The notes under the pieces: generated by a model | Seen by the model: the letters and a program-made list of their open reading frames with translations, nothing else | The model's database searches: none | Told to the model about the DNA's origin: nothing | In this document: positions 28,901 through 37,887 of the stretch, piece by piece | Layout of the letters: every line of letters begins with the position of its first letter | Position numbering within the stretch: position 1 is the first letter of the stretch | Program-made: the position numbers and the translations under genes | Assembly (NCBI GenBank): GCA_963662275.1 | Contig: OY759316.1 | Coordinates: forward strand, 320,001 to 384,000 | From: Candidatus Cloacimonadales bacterium | GTDB lineage: Bacteria; Cloacimonadota; Cloacimonadia; Cloacimonadales; DAONDQ01 | Direction of reading: 5' to 3' | Length of the DNA stretch: 64,000 nt

Positions 28901-31747
28901 TATATTGTTACCAAATTGACTCTTGACTTTCAGCATGACATATTTGCCATTACCGCCAGAACTGGTACCGAAAGGTACTACATACTGATGCCAGCCAGTG
29001 GTCGCTGTCGGTGCAAAAACACCGTCTCTCGGAACAAAAGTCAGTTTGGTTGCTGATGTTGTATCGGTAGGAGATGTTCCGTACCATACTGCGACGCCTT
29101 CATCTGAGAATTTAACAGTATTATAACTGCCGCTCAGATCGCGGTACATCCAGAAGGTAACACGATAATCATCACCAGGAACATTCATCGGTGGAGTTGA
29201 CATCACTGCATGGTTTCCACCGGTAATACTATACGCATTATAGCGAGTCATTCCAACACCGCTATGAGGTGTACAGGCAGGATTAGTTGATGATGTTGTC
29301 TGATAATCCCAGGCTACTGTTGAAGGTGTAGCAATCACCGGGATTTGAGGATCAAGCGCAGAGATGGACTGATTTGTCCAGCCATAAGGTCCGGAATAGG
29401 CTCTGTTAACATCAAAGCTTTCCACTAATGGGAAAGTTGTGACTAACGGATTCGGACCGACCGTAAATGTCCATACACTTGGTGTTCCGCCTGTTACGCC
29501 AAAATCGTTCTTCGGAACGATCTTCCAGGTGTAGGCTTGACCGTAGGTCATGGTTGGAGGTGTCCAGCTCAAAGGAGTGGTCACCGTTGCATTGGCTGTA
29601 CCTGGCATCGTGGTTCCGAAATACACATCATAGGCTGTGGCGTTCGTCACGGAAGACCAGGTAAGTGTTGCATTGTTCATCACCGGGTTGGCAGCATCAG
29701 CAGGATAAGGAGTCGTAGCAACTCCGGTTACTAATGAAGCTGTCGTGAATGACCAGGTTGCAGGGGTACTGCAATCACCAACAGCATTTTTAGGAACGAT
29801 TTTCCAATAATAGGGAGTTCCTGCTGTTAGTGGTGAACCATAAGTATAGGTAGAATCTGCTCCATTGTTATAATTACTTACAAGTTCATTGGCAGCAGCA
29901 GATGTGCCGAGATTGAACCAGTAACCTGTCGGAGCTGCGCCTAAAGGACCTCTGTGCCAGGTAAAGGTTGGAGAAGGTCCGACCAGGGTTGCAGTAATAG
30001 CCGGGTATGGCGTCGATGCTGCATCCGGAGTCTGCGGGATCTTCTCAATAATTATATCATCAATATACTGGGATGAACCATATAAGCTCAAACCTTTGAA
30101 GAATATGTATCTGCCAGAACCGGCTCCAACTGGAAGCGCTTGAGTAATTTGCTCCCAGCCCGTGGTTGCATTATAGCAGACTGCTGTTGTAAGCAGAGTG
30201 GCACCAGACAGGGTTGGACTGCTGTTGATATAAACTTCAGTTTTTTCATTAAGGTAAGTAGGATAACCATTATAATGACGATACTGGAATTTAACTCTGC
30301 AGGCATCAGCCGGCAAAGTCAAACGCGGAGAAATTAAAACACCCTGTGTTCCTGTGGAAAATCCGCCTGAACCAAAATAGGCTGAGCGTGTACCACTAAC
30401 ATAATAAGATGTTGAAGGAGCCCATATACCGGTAGATGCTGTTGTAATATCGGTTTTATAGGTTGTCCAGCCAACAGGCATCGTGGCGGCGGCATCAAAG
30501 TTCTGGTTCACAGAAGCTGAACCGAGGTTCACTGTCTGGTCTGCCCAGGTTGTAAACGTAGGTGTCGATGGTATTCCAGTCGAAGGACCTAATGCGTTTC
30601 TTCCAACGACTTTCCAGGTATAAGCCTGGCTATATGACAATTCACCAGGATCCCAGTAAACATAACTGGCTCCGGCATTGGGAACTACGTTCGCATTCGG
30701 TGTACCGGGCATGGTTATACCGAAGTACACATCATAGGATGTTGCACCGGAAAGTACTGACCATTGCAGGATACCGATATTGCTGACATTGCTTGCGCCA
30801 GTCGCAGGTAAAAAACCTGTGACAACACCTGTCAGCACTGAAGCAATCGTAAATTTCCAGATCGGTGTATAGGGGGCAGTACCTGATCCATCATAAGGAA
30901 CAGCAGCCCACCAATAAGCTGTCGAAGCAGCGAGGTTTGAGCCGGGAGTATAGGTATAAACAAGTCCAATATCAACGCCATTGGCATAGGTTGTCGGAAG
31001 CGTTGTACCCGAACCGTCAGTTCCTAAATATATCCTGTAGCCAGTGGGCGCATTGCCGTTACCGGCATTCCAAGTAAATGTAGGTCTGTAGCCAAGCCCT
31101 GTTGCCTGATGCATGGGAGCTGTAAATTCAGCTTGTGTGGGAGTGGCTAAGGAAGCTGTAAAAGATGTGAAATTAAGTCTGATATTCGGACGGGTGGACG
31201 TAGCCGTACCCGTTCCTGTGGGTATAGTATCAGCGCGTATGTACCAAGCTGAATTTGTTCCTGTAGTAACAGAGGCATAATATTGCGGATACGGGCTGTT
31301 GCCGCTGCCACCATAGTTACATTCCACCAGGACTTCCAAGTTGTTGGCATTATAATTGAAGTCTGCTGGCAAAGTCACATTTGCCCATGTTTGTAGAGTC
31401 AAACTGGCAATTGTACCAGTGTAAACAGCAGTCAAGCCGGTAGTCTTGGTTGCCCAAGTTTCTGCGACTTCTGCCGTAGCTGTGGTTGTTCTCATATAAA
31501 CGACCACGGGAATATTGGCAGTTGCCTTCGTAAGGTTTGGCAGGAAGCCCACGGAGCTAATCATGCCATAGCCTCCAATTTCTGTTGCCGTATAAATTTG
31601 GGCGGAACGCATGTAGCCATAATAACTGCCCCAACCATCGTAGCTTGTGGCTGATCCACCGCCGATTAAGGTAACTGCAGCAAACGCCGTTGTTACGCCG
31701 AGTATCAGAACAATCAATAAAATCGTTCTCTTTTGTAGATTTCTCAT
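25994..31747 (-). CDS. Giant secreted multidomain adhesin-like protein (FN3/Ig-like repeats, MAM/cleaved-adhesin-like modules, GEVED domain)
   Basis: Signal peptide; repeated P..W....TGY.IYLGT / W..V..ATSYDVYFG modules; WGETEDYTINV (GEVED); NDWLISP; poly-Pro linker. Start at ATG 31747 is spaced from GAGGAG. Confidence 0.85.
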   Translation of the reverse strand: MRNLQKRTILLIVLILGVTTAFAAVTLIGGGSATSYDGWGSYYGYMRSAQIYTATEIGGYGMISSVGFLPNLTKATANIPVVVYMRTTTATAEVAETWATKTTGLTAVYTGTIASLTLQTWANVTLPADFNYNANNLEVLVECNYGGSGNSPYPQYYASVTTGTNSAWYIRADTIPTGTGTATSTRPNIRLNFTSFTASLATPTQAEFTAPMHQATGLGYRPTFTWNAGNGNAPTGYRIYLGTDGSGTTLPTTYANGVDIGLVYTYTPGSNLAASTAYWWAAVPYDGSGTAPYTPIWKFTIASVLTGVVTGFLPATGASNVSNIGILQWSVLSGATSYDVYFGITMPGTPNANVVPNAGASYVYWDPGELSYSQAYTWKVVGRNALGPSTGIPSTPTFTTWADQTVNLGSASVNQNFDAAATMPVGWTTYKTDITTASTGIWAPSTSYYVSGTRSAYFGSGGFSTGTQGVLISPRLTLPADACRVKFQYRHYNGYPTYLNEKTEVYINSSPTLSGATLLTTAVCYNATTGWEQITQALPVGAGSGRYIFFKGLSLYGSSQYIDDIIIEKIPQTPDAASTPYPAITATLVGPSPTFTWHRGPLGAAPTGYWFNLGTSAAANELVSNYNNGADSTYTYGSPLTAGTPYYWKIVPKNAVGDCSTPATWSFTTASLVTGVATTPYPADAANPVMNNATLTWSSVTNATAYDVYFGTTMPGTANATVTTPLSWTPPTMTYGQAYTWKIVPKNDFGVTGGTPSVWTFTVGPNPLVTTFPLVESFDVNRAYSGPYGWTNQSISALDPQIPVIATPSTVAWDYQTTSSTNPACTPHSGVGMTRYNAYSITGGNHAVMSTPPMNVPGDDYRVTFWMYRDLSGSYNTVKFSDEGVAVWYGTSPTDTTSATKLTFVPRDGVFAPTATTGWHQYVVPFGTSSGGNGKYVMLKVKSQFGNNIYVDDVRVEKIPTAPLPAYVTHPTNGATSIALTDSLSWIKDSSGPDPTGYLIYLGTNNPPTNMVDSVDVGLVNKYMPAGLALNGHYYWKVVPYNLVGHATGCPVWSFYTVGVPGVVTVHTPADSAANVGRNASVTWGAVATATSYDVYFGQTLPGTANANVTTPLTWTPPTMTANTMYLWKVVAKNTYGDAVGSSTWRFTTGTGWVYSESYATSIYDDDIGQFLMADVTNPAVHPDSIPNAASENTYTDYTAITIHVQQGHSYPTQIHQISEDNFYPCWGKVFIDFNQNGTFDLPDEQVLSGQTSSTHMQVNGFISIPWDVLLGDTRLRVVLKESGTELNTLPVGTYSWGETEDYTINVVEAPPPPPPPSAFVDSPLDLATNVSLMPTCAWHPNLIYGPPSGYKISLGTNNPPTNLLFEQNLGNVTTYTPEIGDLAYSTHYYWQIIPYNPGGNADSCSVWQFTTMDDPTITDFPYFEGFEDSIFPPAGWVADQWSRTTGSHEGTYGARATYTPAGTKTLTTPQINGDLNYMSWWWKNNDMATGKIVAHDTTYVEITTDGGTTWTVLTSLSAASVETAYHQEFVGLESYSGIIQIRWRYVTDASYSAFGVGLDDIQINGVPQPAKFQMILPVTPLGGSSSGFFNIQDIPDLAYTTGTITYSEGLSGPATFTTLGANGSIDIEITYTPIEQGLFTGLVSVTSNGGDFTIEVVSNAGINAVTWEAVPAGWSVYNLDTDDFTWDIYTGEAHSGTNSAGVYWNSAGCNDWLISPRYDIQDGDILSFYAKCMDADYPEAMQVIMSTTGQTPVDFTATPLLNLTIDSVLYTGYSVDLSPYTGQTASFAFHCSSVDAYFLSLDDVGLPGLAPPIIPSVPDSIFLTVVPTGVQLDWNPASDATGYNVYKSADPYASDSLWTYVTTVSTNSYLDTSSIFKNFYKIIAVNNTKSGRNNAHALKAQNPLQIKHDISARKQH

Positions 31748-32234
31748 ATCCATCTCCTCATTTCTTGCTCTCATGAGAATTATCGAAAACTCTCAAACAG
31801 AACAAAGTTTTATGAACTCTTCAAATTCTTCAAAACAATCAGAAAATGTATTTAATATTACTAAACATATAAATGTCAGCGTAAAGTTATCTGTCAAACT
31901 ATTTTTTACAATTAATTTTAGATTTCTCAACAAATCTTCCTCTTTCGTAGAGATGCCTGAATTGGGCTACCAATGGCTATCGTTTACGAAAGGAAATGGA
32001 GTAGTTAAATGCATCATAGTGATCCTTTCTTCATTCATACAGCGTTTCTAAAAACTACATTTGCTGCACTGGAGAATCGATATTAAAAGATACTCAACAA
32101 TCTCTTACACGGCACTGAACCATCTCTCATATCCTGAGAGAATTTTATGTGTATCCTGAGGGAGTCTTTCATGTAGCTTGTAGGAGAAGAACAGTGAATC
32201 AAACTCTCCCCTACAAGATGCAATTTTATGTCGC

Positions 32235-32280
32235 AGTCCACAGGACGTTACTCTGTTAGCCCAGGAAGTCCTTCCTGGGT
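32235..32280 (+). repeat. IS200/IS605-end-like hairpin module (AGTCC..AGGACG..ACTCTG.TAGCCCAGGAAGTCCTTCCTGGGT)
   Basis: Second copy at 32621-32666; inverted copy at 41863-41909. Confidence 0.75.
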
Positions 32281-32354
32281 TTGAGAGGATTCACTACGGT
32301 TTGAGTCCGTCAGGACGGCACTGACTTATACCGGAGCAATCAACTGATTCATAA

Positions 32355-32490
32355 CGTGGAGTAGGATTCCGATCCTACTAAACGCGAGACTATAGATAAT
32401 AAACAGTTCAATGCACAATGTTTTTCATAACCATCCACATTAATTTTAACAAAAGCTACGAGTTCAGTAGGATCGGAATCCTACTCCACG
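32355..32490. mobile_element. REPIN-like doublet of module E REPs in inverted orientation
   Basis: Perfect 25-bp inverted repeats CGTGGAGTAGGATTCCGATCCTACT (32355-32379) and AGTAGGATCGGAATCCTACTCCACG (32466-32490). Confidence 0.7.
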
Positions 32491-32783
32491 GTTCAATATG
32501 AATTTCACAATTGTACCATAACTTTGTAAGCTGTTATGTTATTGGGATTGCATCCCAATGACTCTGCAGACTCCTGATGTTACATACTTCAGGAGAAAAC
32601 AAGATACAATCTTATGCAATAGTCCGAAGGACGTTACTCTGCTAGCCCAGGAAGTCCTTCCTGGGTAATGGGTATACAGTTGGGAATGTAGGGGGCCGCG
32701 TCAGCAGACCCGCTTTGGTTCTGAGTCCGGTCGGAAGGCACAAATGAGAACAATAAACCGAGTATCATAGTTTGGGCACTGTT

Positions 32784-32960
32784 TTAATTAAGTATCTTTA
32801 CTAATTATGGGATGAGTACAACCAATAAAATATGTACACCCAAGTGGATAAGTAACTTCTACTTTTTATTCATATGCCTTTTCAAGCATTTTTCTAACAA
32901 CCGAATTGTTGGTGGGGAGATTATCTAACCTCCAATTAATGTTAAAATGAATTTCATCAT
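32784..32960 (-). pseudogene. Degenerate small membrane-protein gene with in-frame stops
   Basis: AAAAGGAG RBS, then MMKFILTLIGG*IISPPTIRLLEKCLKRHMNKK*KLLIHLGVHILLVVLIP*LVKILN*. Confidence 0.35.
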
Positions 32961-33203
32961 AACTCCTTTTGTGTTTGAAGATGCCCTCACTATGATCTAT
33001 TGTAAATATCTATTGAACTAACCCTACATACATTATCGAAGGGTTCAAATTATAACAGGATTCTAAATTCAAATGAACATAAGTATTTTCTTTACAATAT
33101 CCTAACTGCATATTAAAAACGTATTTATACTCATTATAACTGAGCTCACAACCACAAAAGAATAGGCATTGATAGATACAGTAGAAAAAAAACTGCATAT
33201 TGC

Positions 33204-33235
33204 TTGACACGTTTTCATCTTTCATTTATTAGTCT
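33204..33235 (+). promoter_or_regulatory. Sigma70-like promoter of the R-M locus
   Basis: TTGACA at 33204, then TATTAG (17-nt spacing) or TAGTCT just before ATG 33242. Confidence 0.5.
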
Positions 33236-33241
33236 CCCTAT

Positions 33242-33835
33242 ATGAATAAGAATCAAACTACTCAAACAACAACACTCAGCGAGATCGCTGAAATCCGAAT
33301 CGGATACCAGTCAAGGTCTGCCATTGAATCAGATCAGGCTGGTTCATATTACCTGGTGCAAGGGAAAGATATCCAATCCAACCTGATCATTGACTGGGAT
33401 AGCGTGGGCAGGTTCAGTCCGGGTGACAATCCATTAAAGGCTCTTATTGAAAAGGATGATATTCTGTTTTTAGCAAGGGGTAATTACAATATTGCCGTTC
33501 ACGTCAAAGATCATATACCAAAAGCTGTGGCTGGTGGTTCTTTATTTATCTTACGTTTGAAGAGTGACAGCGTACTACCAGGCTTTGTTGCCTGGTGGCT
33601 GAATTCTGATAAGATAAAAGTCCTCATGATCAATCAGCGTTCCGGTACGAGTATTCCGTTTATCAGCAAAGCCATGTTGACAGATTTGGTTATAGCGATA
33701 CCTGATTTGGCTACACAGCAAAGAATAGTCACAATTGATGCCTTGCTGAAGAAAGAAATCGAGTTGAATGCAAAGCTCATCGAAGAAAAACAGAAATTGA
33801 TCAATAACATATGTAACCAGGTTTTAAACAGTTAG
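33242..33835 (+). CDS. Half-size type I restriction specificity subunit (single TRD, HsdS-like)
   Basis: TLSEIAEIRIG, DDILF..RG, GTSIPFISK..L..L.IAIPDLATQQRIV followed by a coiled coil. Confidence 0.8.
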   Translation: MNKNQTTQTTTLSEIAEIRIGYQSRSAIESDQAGSYYLVQGKDIQSNLIIDWDSVGRFSPGDNPLKALIEKDDILFLARGNYNIAVHVKDHIPKAVAGGSLFILRLKSDSVLPGFVAWWLNSDKIKVLMINQRSGTSIPFISKAMLTDLVIAIPDLATQQRIVTIDALLKKEIELNAKLIEEKQKLINNICNQVLNS

Positions 33836-33843
33836 GAGTTTTT

Positions 33844-35376
33844 ATGCCAATACAAGTAACACCAGAAGAAATTAAAAAGACAGTTTGGGATGCCTGTGGA
33901 ACTTTCAGAGGTTCTGTCGATCCATCCAATTACAAGAATTATATTCTGACCATGCTGTTCATCAAATACATGAGTGACCTTTGGAAAGACAGACGAGCAG
34001 AATACGCAGATCGCTATGAAGGTGATATTGAACGTATTGAACGTGCCCTGAAGCGTGAAAGGTTTATCGTTCCTGCTGAAACCGAGTTTGACTATCTCTA
34101 TTCCAAACGAAATGAATCCAATATCGGTGAGATTATTAACACAGCTCTTCATAGCCTGGAAGATGAAAATAAGTCCAAACTGGAAAATGTCTTTGGGAAT
34201 GTGGATTTTAATAGTGAATCAGCTTTGGGTGAACCTAAAGAGAAGAACCGCAGACTTAAAAATTTGCTGGAAGATTTTTATAATCCCAAATTGGATTTCC
34301 GCATTTCGCATATCGGTAATCGTGATGTAATTGGTGATGTCTATGAATTCCTGATTGGTAAATTCGCTGCAGATGCTGGTCAGAAAGCAGGTGAGTTCTA
34401 CACTCCCCCCGAAGTTTCGGAACTGCTGGCAAGACTGGTCAATGCAAGAAAAGGTGATAAGATATGTGACCCGGCATGTGGTTCCGGTTCTTTATTGATC
34501 AAGGTAGCTCAAAGAATCGAAGGCAATAATTTCTTCCTCGCTGGACAGGAATCGAATGGCTCCACCTGGTCATTATGCCGCATGAATATGTTCCTGCATG
34601 AAATGGACAATGCCCGGATTGAATGGTGTGATACGATCAATAACCCGAAATTATTGGAAAATGATGAACTGATGAGATTTGATATCGTAGTTGCCAATCC
34701 GCCTTTCTCTTTGGAAAAGTGGGGACATGAGGAAGCTGCTCATGACAGATTCAATCGCTTCTATCGGGGTATCCCACCGAAAAGCAGGGGTGATTATGCC
34801 TTCATTTCTCACATGGTGTCTATTGCCATGGAAGGAAAAGGCAAGGTTGGTGTCATTGTTCCACACGGTGTCTTATTTCGGGGTGGAACAGAAGGCATTA
34901 TTCGCAAGAGATTCATAGAGGAAAATATACTGGAAGCAGTTATCGGTTTGCCTGAAAAGTTGTTTTATGGTACCGGCATACCTGCTGCTATCCTGCTGTT
35001 CAACAAGGGAAGAAAGCCTTGGGATAAGTCAGATTCACCTAAAGATGATCATATTCTATTTATCGATGCAAGCCGTGATTTTGATGGAACTAAGAAGCAA
35101 AACAAACTCCGAGAAGAAGATATTGAGAAGATAATCCGTACTTTCATTTCATTTGAAAAAATACCCAAATACTCACATTTGGCAACTCTCGACGAAATCA
35201 AGGAAGCAGATTATAATCTGAATATCCCTCTCTATGTGGATACCTATGAGGAAGAGGAAGAGATCGATATCAGGGAAGTACAAACCGAAATTAAGCGTAT
35301 TGAAAATGAACTGGAAACCACTAGGGAAAAAATCAACAAATATTTGAAAGAATTGGGGCTGGATAATGAACAATAA
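33844..35376 (+). CDS. hsdM: Type I restriction-modification methyltransferase subunit M
   Basis: GEFYTP, DPACGSGSLL, NPPF, PHGVLFRG, YNLNIP. Confidence 0.97.
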   Translation: MPIQVTPEEIKKTVWDACGTFRGSVDPSNYKNYILTMLFIKYMSDLWKDRRAEYADRYEGDIERIERALKRERFIVPAETEFDYLYSKRNESNIGEIINTALHSLEDENKSKLENVFGNVDFNSESALGEPKEKNRRLKNLLEDFYNPKLDFRISHIGNRDVIGDVYEFLIGKFAADAGQKAGEFYTPPEVSELLARLVNARKGDKICDPACGSGSLLIKVAQRIEGNNFFLAGQESNGSTWSLCRMNMFLHEMDNARIEWCDTINNPKLLENDELMRFDIVVANPPFSLEKWGHEEAAHDRFNRFYRGIPPKSRGDYAFISHMVSIAMEGKGKVGVIVPHGVLFRGGTEGIIRKRFIEENILEAVIGLPEKLFYGTGIPAAILLFNKGRKPWDKSDSPKDDHILFIDASRDFDGTKKQNKLREEDIEKIIRTFISFEKIPKYSHLATLDEIKEADYNLNIPLYVDTYEEEEEIDIREVQTEIKRIENELETTREKINKYLKELGLDNEQ

Positions 35377-36376
35377 TACTGTTGTCCCTAATTCCAATCT
35401 GCTGTTATTTCAAACAGAAGATGGCGCCACCAGGATTGAAGTGAAGTTCGAAGATGAGAATGTTTGGCTAAACCAAAAAGGATTGGCGGAGTTGTTTCAA
35501 ACCACACCGCAAAACATAACTCTCCACATCAGAAACATTTATACTGATAGAGAATTGCCCATTGAGGCAACTTGTAAGGAATACTTACAAGTTCAAAATG
35601 AGGGTGGCAGAAATGTAAGTCGTTCCATGTCCTATTATAATCTGGAAATGATACTGGCGATTGGCTATAGGGTTCGTTCACTGCGTGGTACACAATTCAG
35701 AAGATGGGCAACGGAACATTTGCGTGAATTCCTCGTTAAGGGTTTTGTGATGGATGATAAGCGTCTCAAGGAAGAAAGGAATCTTGGATCTGATTATTTT
35801 GAAGAGTTATTGGAACGTATCCGGGATATCAGGGCATCCGAGAAGAGATTCTATCGTAAAATTACTGATATTTACAGTCTCTCTATTGACTATGATCCCA
35901 ATTCAGAGACGGCAAAAGAGTTTTTCCAGACAGTTCAGAATAAACTGCATTGGGCTATCACAGGTCATACTGCTGCGGAACTGATAGCGGAAAGGTCGAA
36001 TGCTGAACAGCCTAATATGGGACTCACTGCTTGGAAAGAGAGTAAAATCAGGAAGAACGACGTGACTGTGGCTAAAAACTACCTGACTGAAGAAGAATTG
36101 AAAAGCCTGAATCGAATTGTCACCATGTACCTTGATTATGCAGAAGACCAGGCAGAACGGCAATCCCCTATGTATATGAAGGATTGGAAAGAAAAACTGG
36201 ATGCCTTCCTCCGTTTCAATGGTCGTGAAGTGCTGGATAATGCGGGAAAAGTCTCTGCTGAGATAGCCCATTCTCTTGCTCTTCATGAACTTGATAAATA
36301 CAAAGCCAATCGGATTCAGGAAGATAATGCCAAACCTGATCCTCAATTTGACCAAGCTGTGAAGGATCTGAAGTGA
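35366..36376 (+). CDS. RhuM/virulence-family DNA-binding protein
   Basis: WLNQKGLAELF, YNLEMILAIGYRVRS.RGTQFRRWAT, VQNKLHWA, AKNYL. Confidence 0.9.
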   Translation: MNNNTVVPNSNLLLFQTEDGATRIEVKFEDENVWLNQKGLAELFQTTPQNITLHIRNIYTDRELPIEATCKEYLQVQNEGGRNVSRSMSYYNLEMILAIGYRVRSLRGTQFRRWATEHLREFLVKGFVMDDKRLKEERNLGSDYFEELLERIRDIRASEKRFYRKITDIYSLSIDYDPNSETAKEFFQTVQNKLHWAITGHTAAELIAERSNAEQPNMGLTAWKESKIRKNDVTVAKNYLTEEELKSLNRIVTMYLDYAEDQAERQSPMYMKDWKEKLDAFLRFNGREVLDNAGKVSAEIAHSLALHELDKYKANRIQEDNAKPDPQFDQAVKDLK

Positions 36377-37605
36377 GCAAGGTGAATATAAATAGACCCA
36401 GTTACAAGCATACTAAAATTGGATGGATACCAGAAGAGTGGTATGTTGAAGATTTGGGACAATTTATTAAATTGTCGAGTGGTGAAACGAGACCAGCATA
36501 CTACAATGAGTATGACTTAGGTGAAGATCATTTCCCAATATATGGGGGTAATGGGATTATTGGATATACGCATTTATATAATTCTGATTCTGAAACAATA
36601 ATCATTGGAAGAGTTGGTGAAAAGTGCGGATGCGTTTATAGAGTTTCAGGTAAAGTATTTATTACGGATAATGCCCTATATATTAAACAATGGCTAAAAG
36701 AAATCAATCCTGATTTTGTAGCATTGTTTTTATTAGATTTTAATGTCTCTAGGCTTAGAAGTAAAGGTGGTCAGCCACTAGTATCACAACAACCTATTTA
36801 CAAAATTAAACTCGTTATTCCTCCATTACCAGAACAACAGAACATTGCTGCCATTATTTCGGCTTGGGATAGGGCAATAGAACAAACCACAAGATTAATT
36901 GAAGCAAAGAAAAAACAGAAAAAAGGATTGATGCAGCAGTTACTGACTGGGAAGATGAGATTTCGGCAGTTTGGGAAGCCTGTTGGTCATATTGGTGAAG
37001 TGCCGGAAGGATGGAGAAGATACCATATCATTGATATAGCGAACGAAGTAATGACCAGAAATAAAACTTCTGAGATTCTTCCCTTTTTATCATGCTCCAA
37101 ATACAAAGGATTTGTCAATTCAGATGATTATTTTAGTAAACAGACATACAGTAAAAATTCTTCAAATTATAAGGTAATTAAGAAAGGACAGTTCGGTTTC
37201 CCCACAAATCACGTTGAAGAAGGTTCAATTGGTTATTTAGAACATCAGGAAAAAGGACTTCTAAGTCCTATTTATGTAGTTTTCAAAGTTGACCATGATA
37301 AGGTCGATGGGAAGTATCTCTATTGTCTGCTGAAATCTGATCTGTTTAAACATATCTTTGGTAAAATGACAAATGCCTCTGTTAATAGGAGAGGTAGCTT
37401 AAGATGGAACGGTTTCTCCAGAATAGCAGTTTCTTTACCCAACTTACAAGAACAACAGATGATCTCAAAACTAAATAACTTACTGGATTCAGAAATTGAA
37501 ATATTGATTCATAACCTGAATCAGATGAAGAATCAGAAACAATATCTGCTAGATAAGTTGCTAACAGGTGAAATTAGAGTAAACTTCTTTGAATATAGGT
37601 TGTAG
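36373..37605 (+). CDS. hsdS: Type I restriction specificity subunit S (two TRDs)
   Basis: IPEEW / VPEGW, PPLPEQQNIA...KKGLMQQLLTG and LPNLQEQ...LLTGEIRV conserved regions. Confidence 0.95.
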   Translation: MSKVNINRPSYKHTKIGWIPEEWYVEDLGQFIKLSSGETRPAYYNEYDLGEDHFPIYGGNGIIGYTHLYNSDSETIIIGRVGEKCGCVYRVSGKVFITDNALYIKQWLKEINPDFVALFLLDFNVSRLRSKGGQPLVSQQPIYKIKLVIPPLPEQQNIAAIISAWDRAIEQTTRLIEAKKKQKKGLMQQLLTGKMRFRQFGKPVGHIGEVPEGWRRYHIIDIANEVMTRNKTSEILPFLSCSKYKGFVNSDDYFSKQTYSKNSSNYKVIKKGQFGFPTNHVEEGSIGYLEHQEKGLLSPIYVVFKVDHDKVDGKYLYCLLKSDLFKHIFGKMTNASVNRRGSLRWNGFSRIAVSLPNLQEQQMISKLNNLLDSEIEILIHNLNQMKNQKQYLLDKLLTGEIRVNFFEYRL

Positions 37606-37793
37606 CTACTAAAGATGAAAATATGGATTTTAAGTCAACAGTAGCAGAATCAAACTCTCCCTTAATCCCTCCCTTTATCCAAAGGGAGGGAAACCAGACA
37701 GGATGCGCTTTACCCATTCCTCTCTTTGGATAAAGAGAGGTGGCACTTTAGTGTTGGAGAGTTTGAAAAGCTGAATATGAACATTATATCGGT

Positions 37794-37862
37794 TTTGAAG
37801 TCCATTTGCCCTTGTAGTCTAATATTCAATGATAGTCAGTTTGGGCAATTGAACTCCAAAAT
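37794..37862 (-). repeat. Module F hairpin element between hsdS and hsdR
   Basis: TTTTGAAGTCCATTTGCCC...GGGCAATTGAACTCCAAAA, similar to 17751-17826. Confidence 0.8.
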
Positions 37863-37887
37863 CCTTAACTTTGATTAAGGAGCATGA

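Noticed and set aside
31647..32051. 134-aa + strand ORF
   Set aside because: It is antisense to the giant protein's start and promoter region and has no recognisable motif.
32784..32960. Stop-codon recoding (TAG read-through)
   Set aside because: The frame also contains TAA, and TAG is a normal stop for other genes here, such as hsdS and hsdR.
33242..37605. Phase-variable hsdS shufflon
   Set aside because: Both S genes are co-oriented, and no recombinase or shared inverted repeats were seen.
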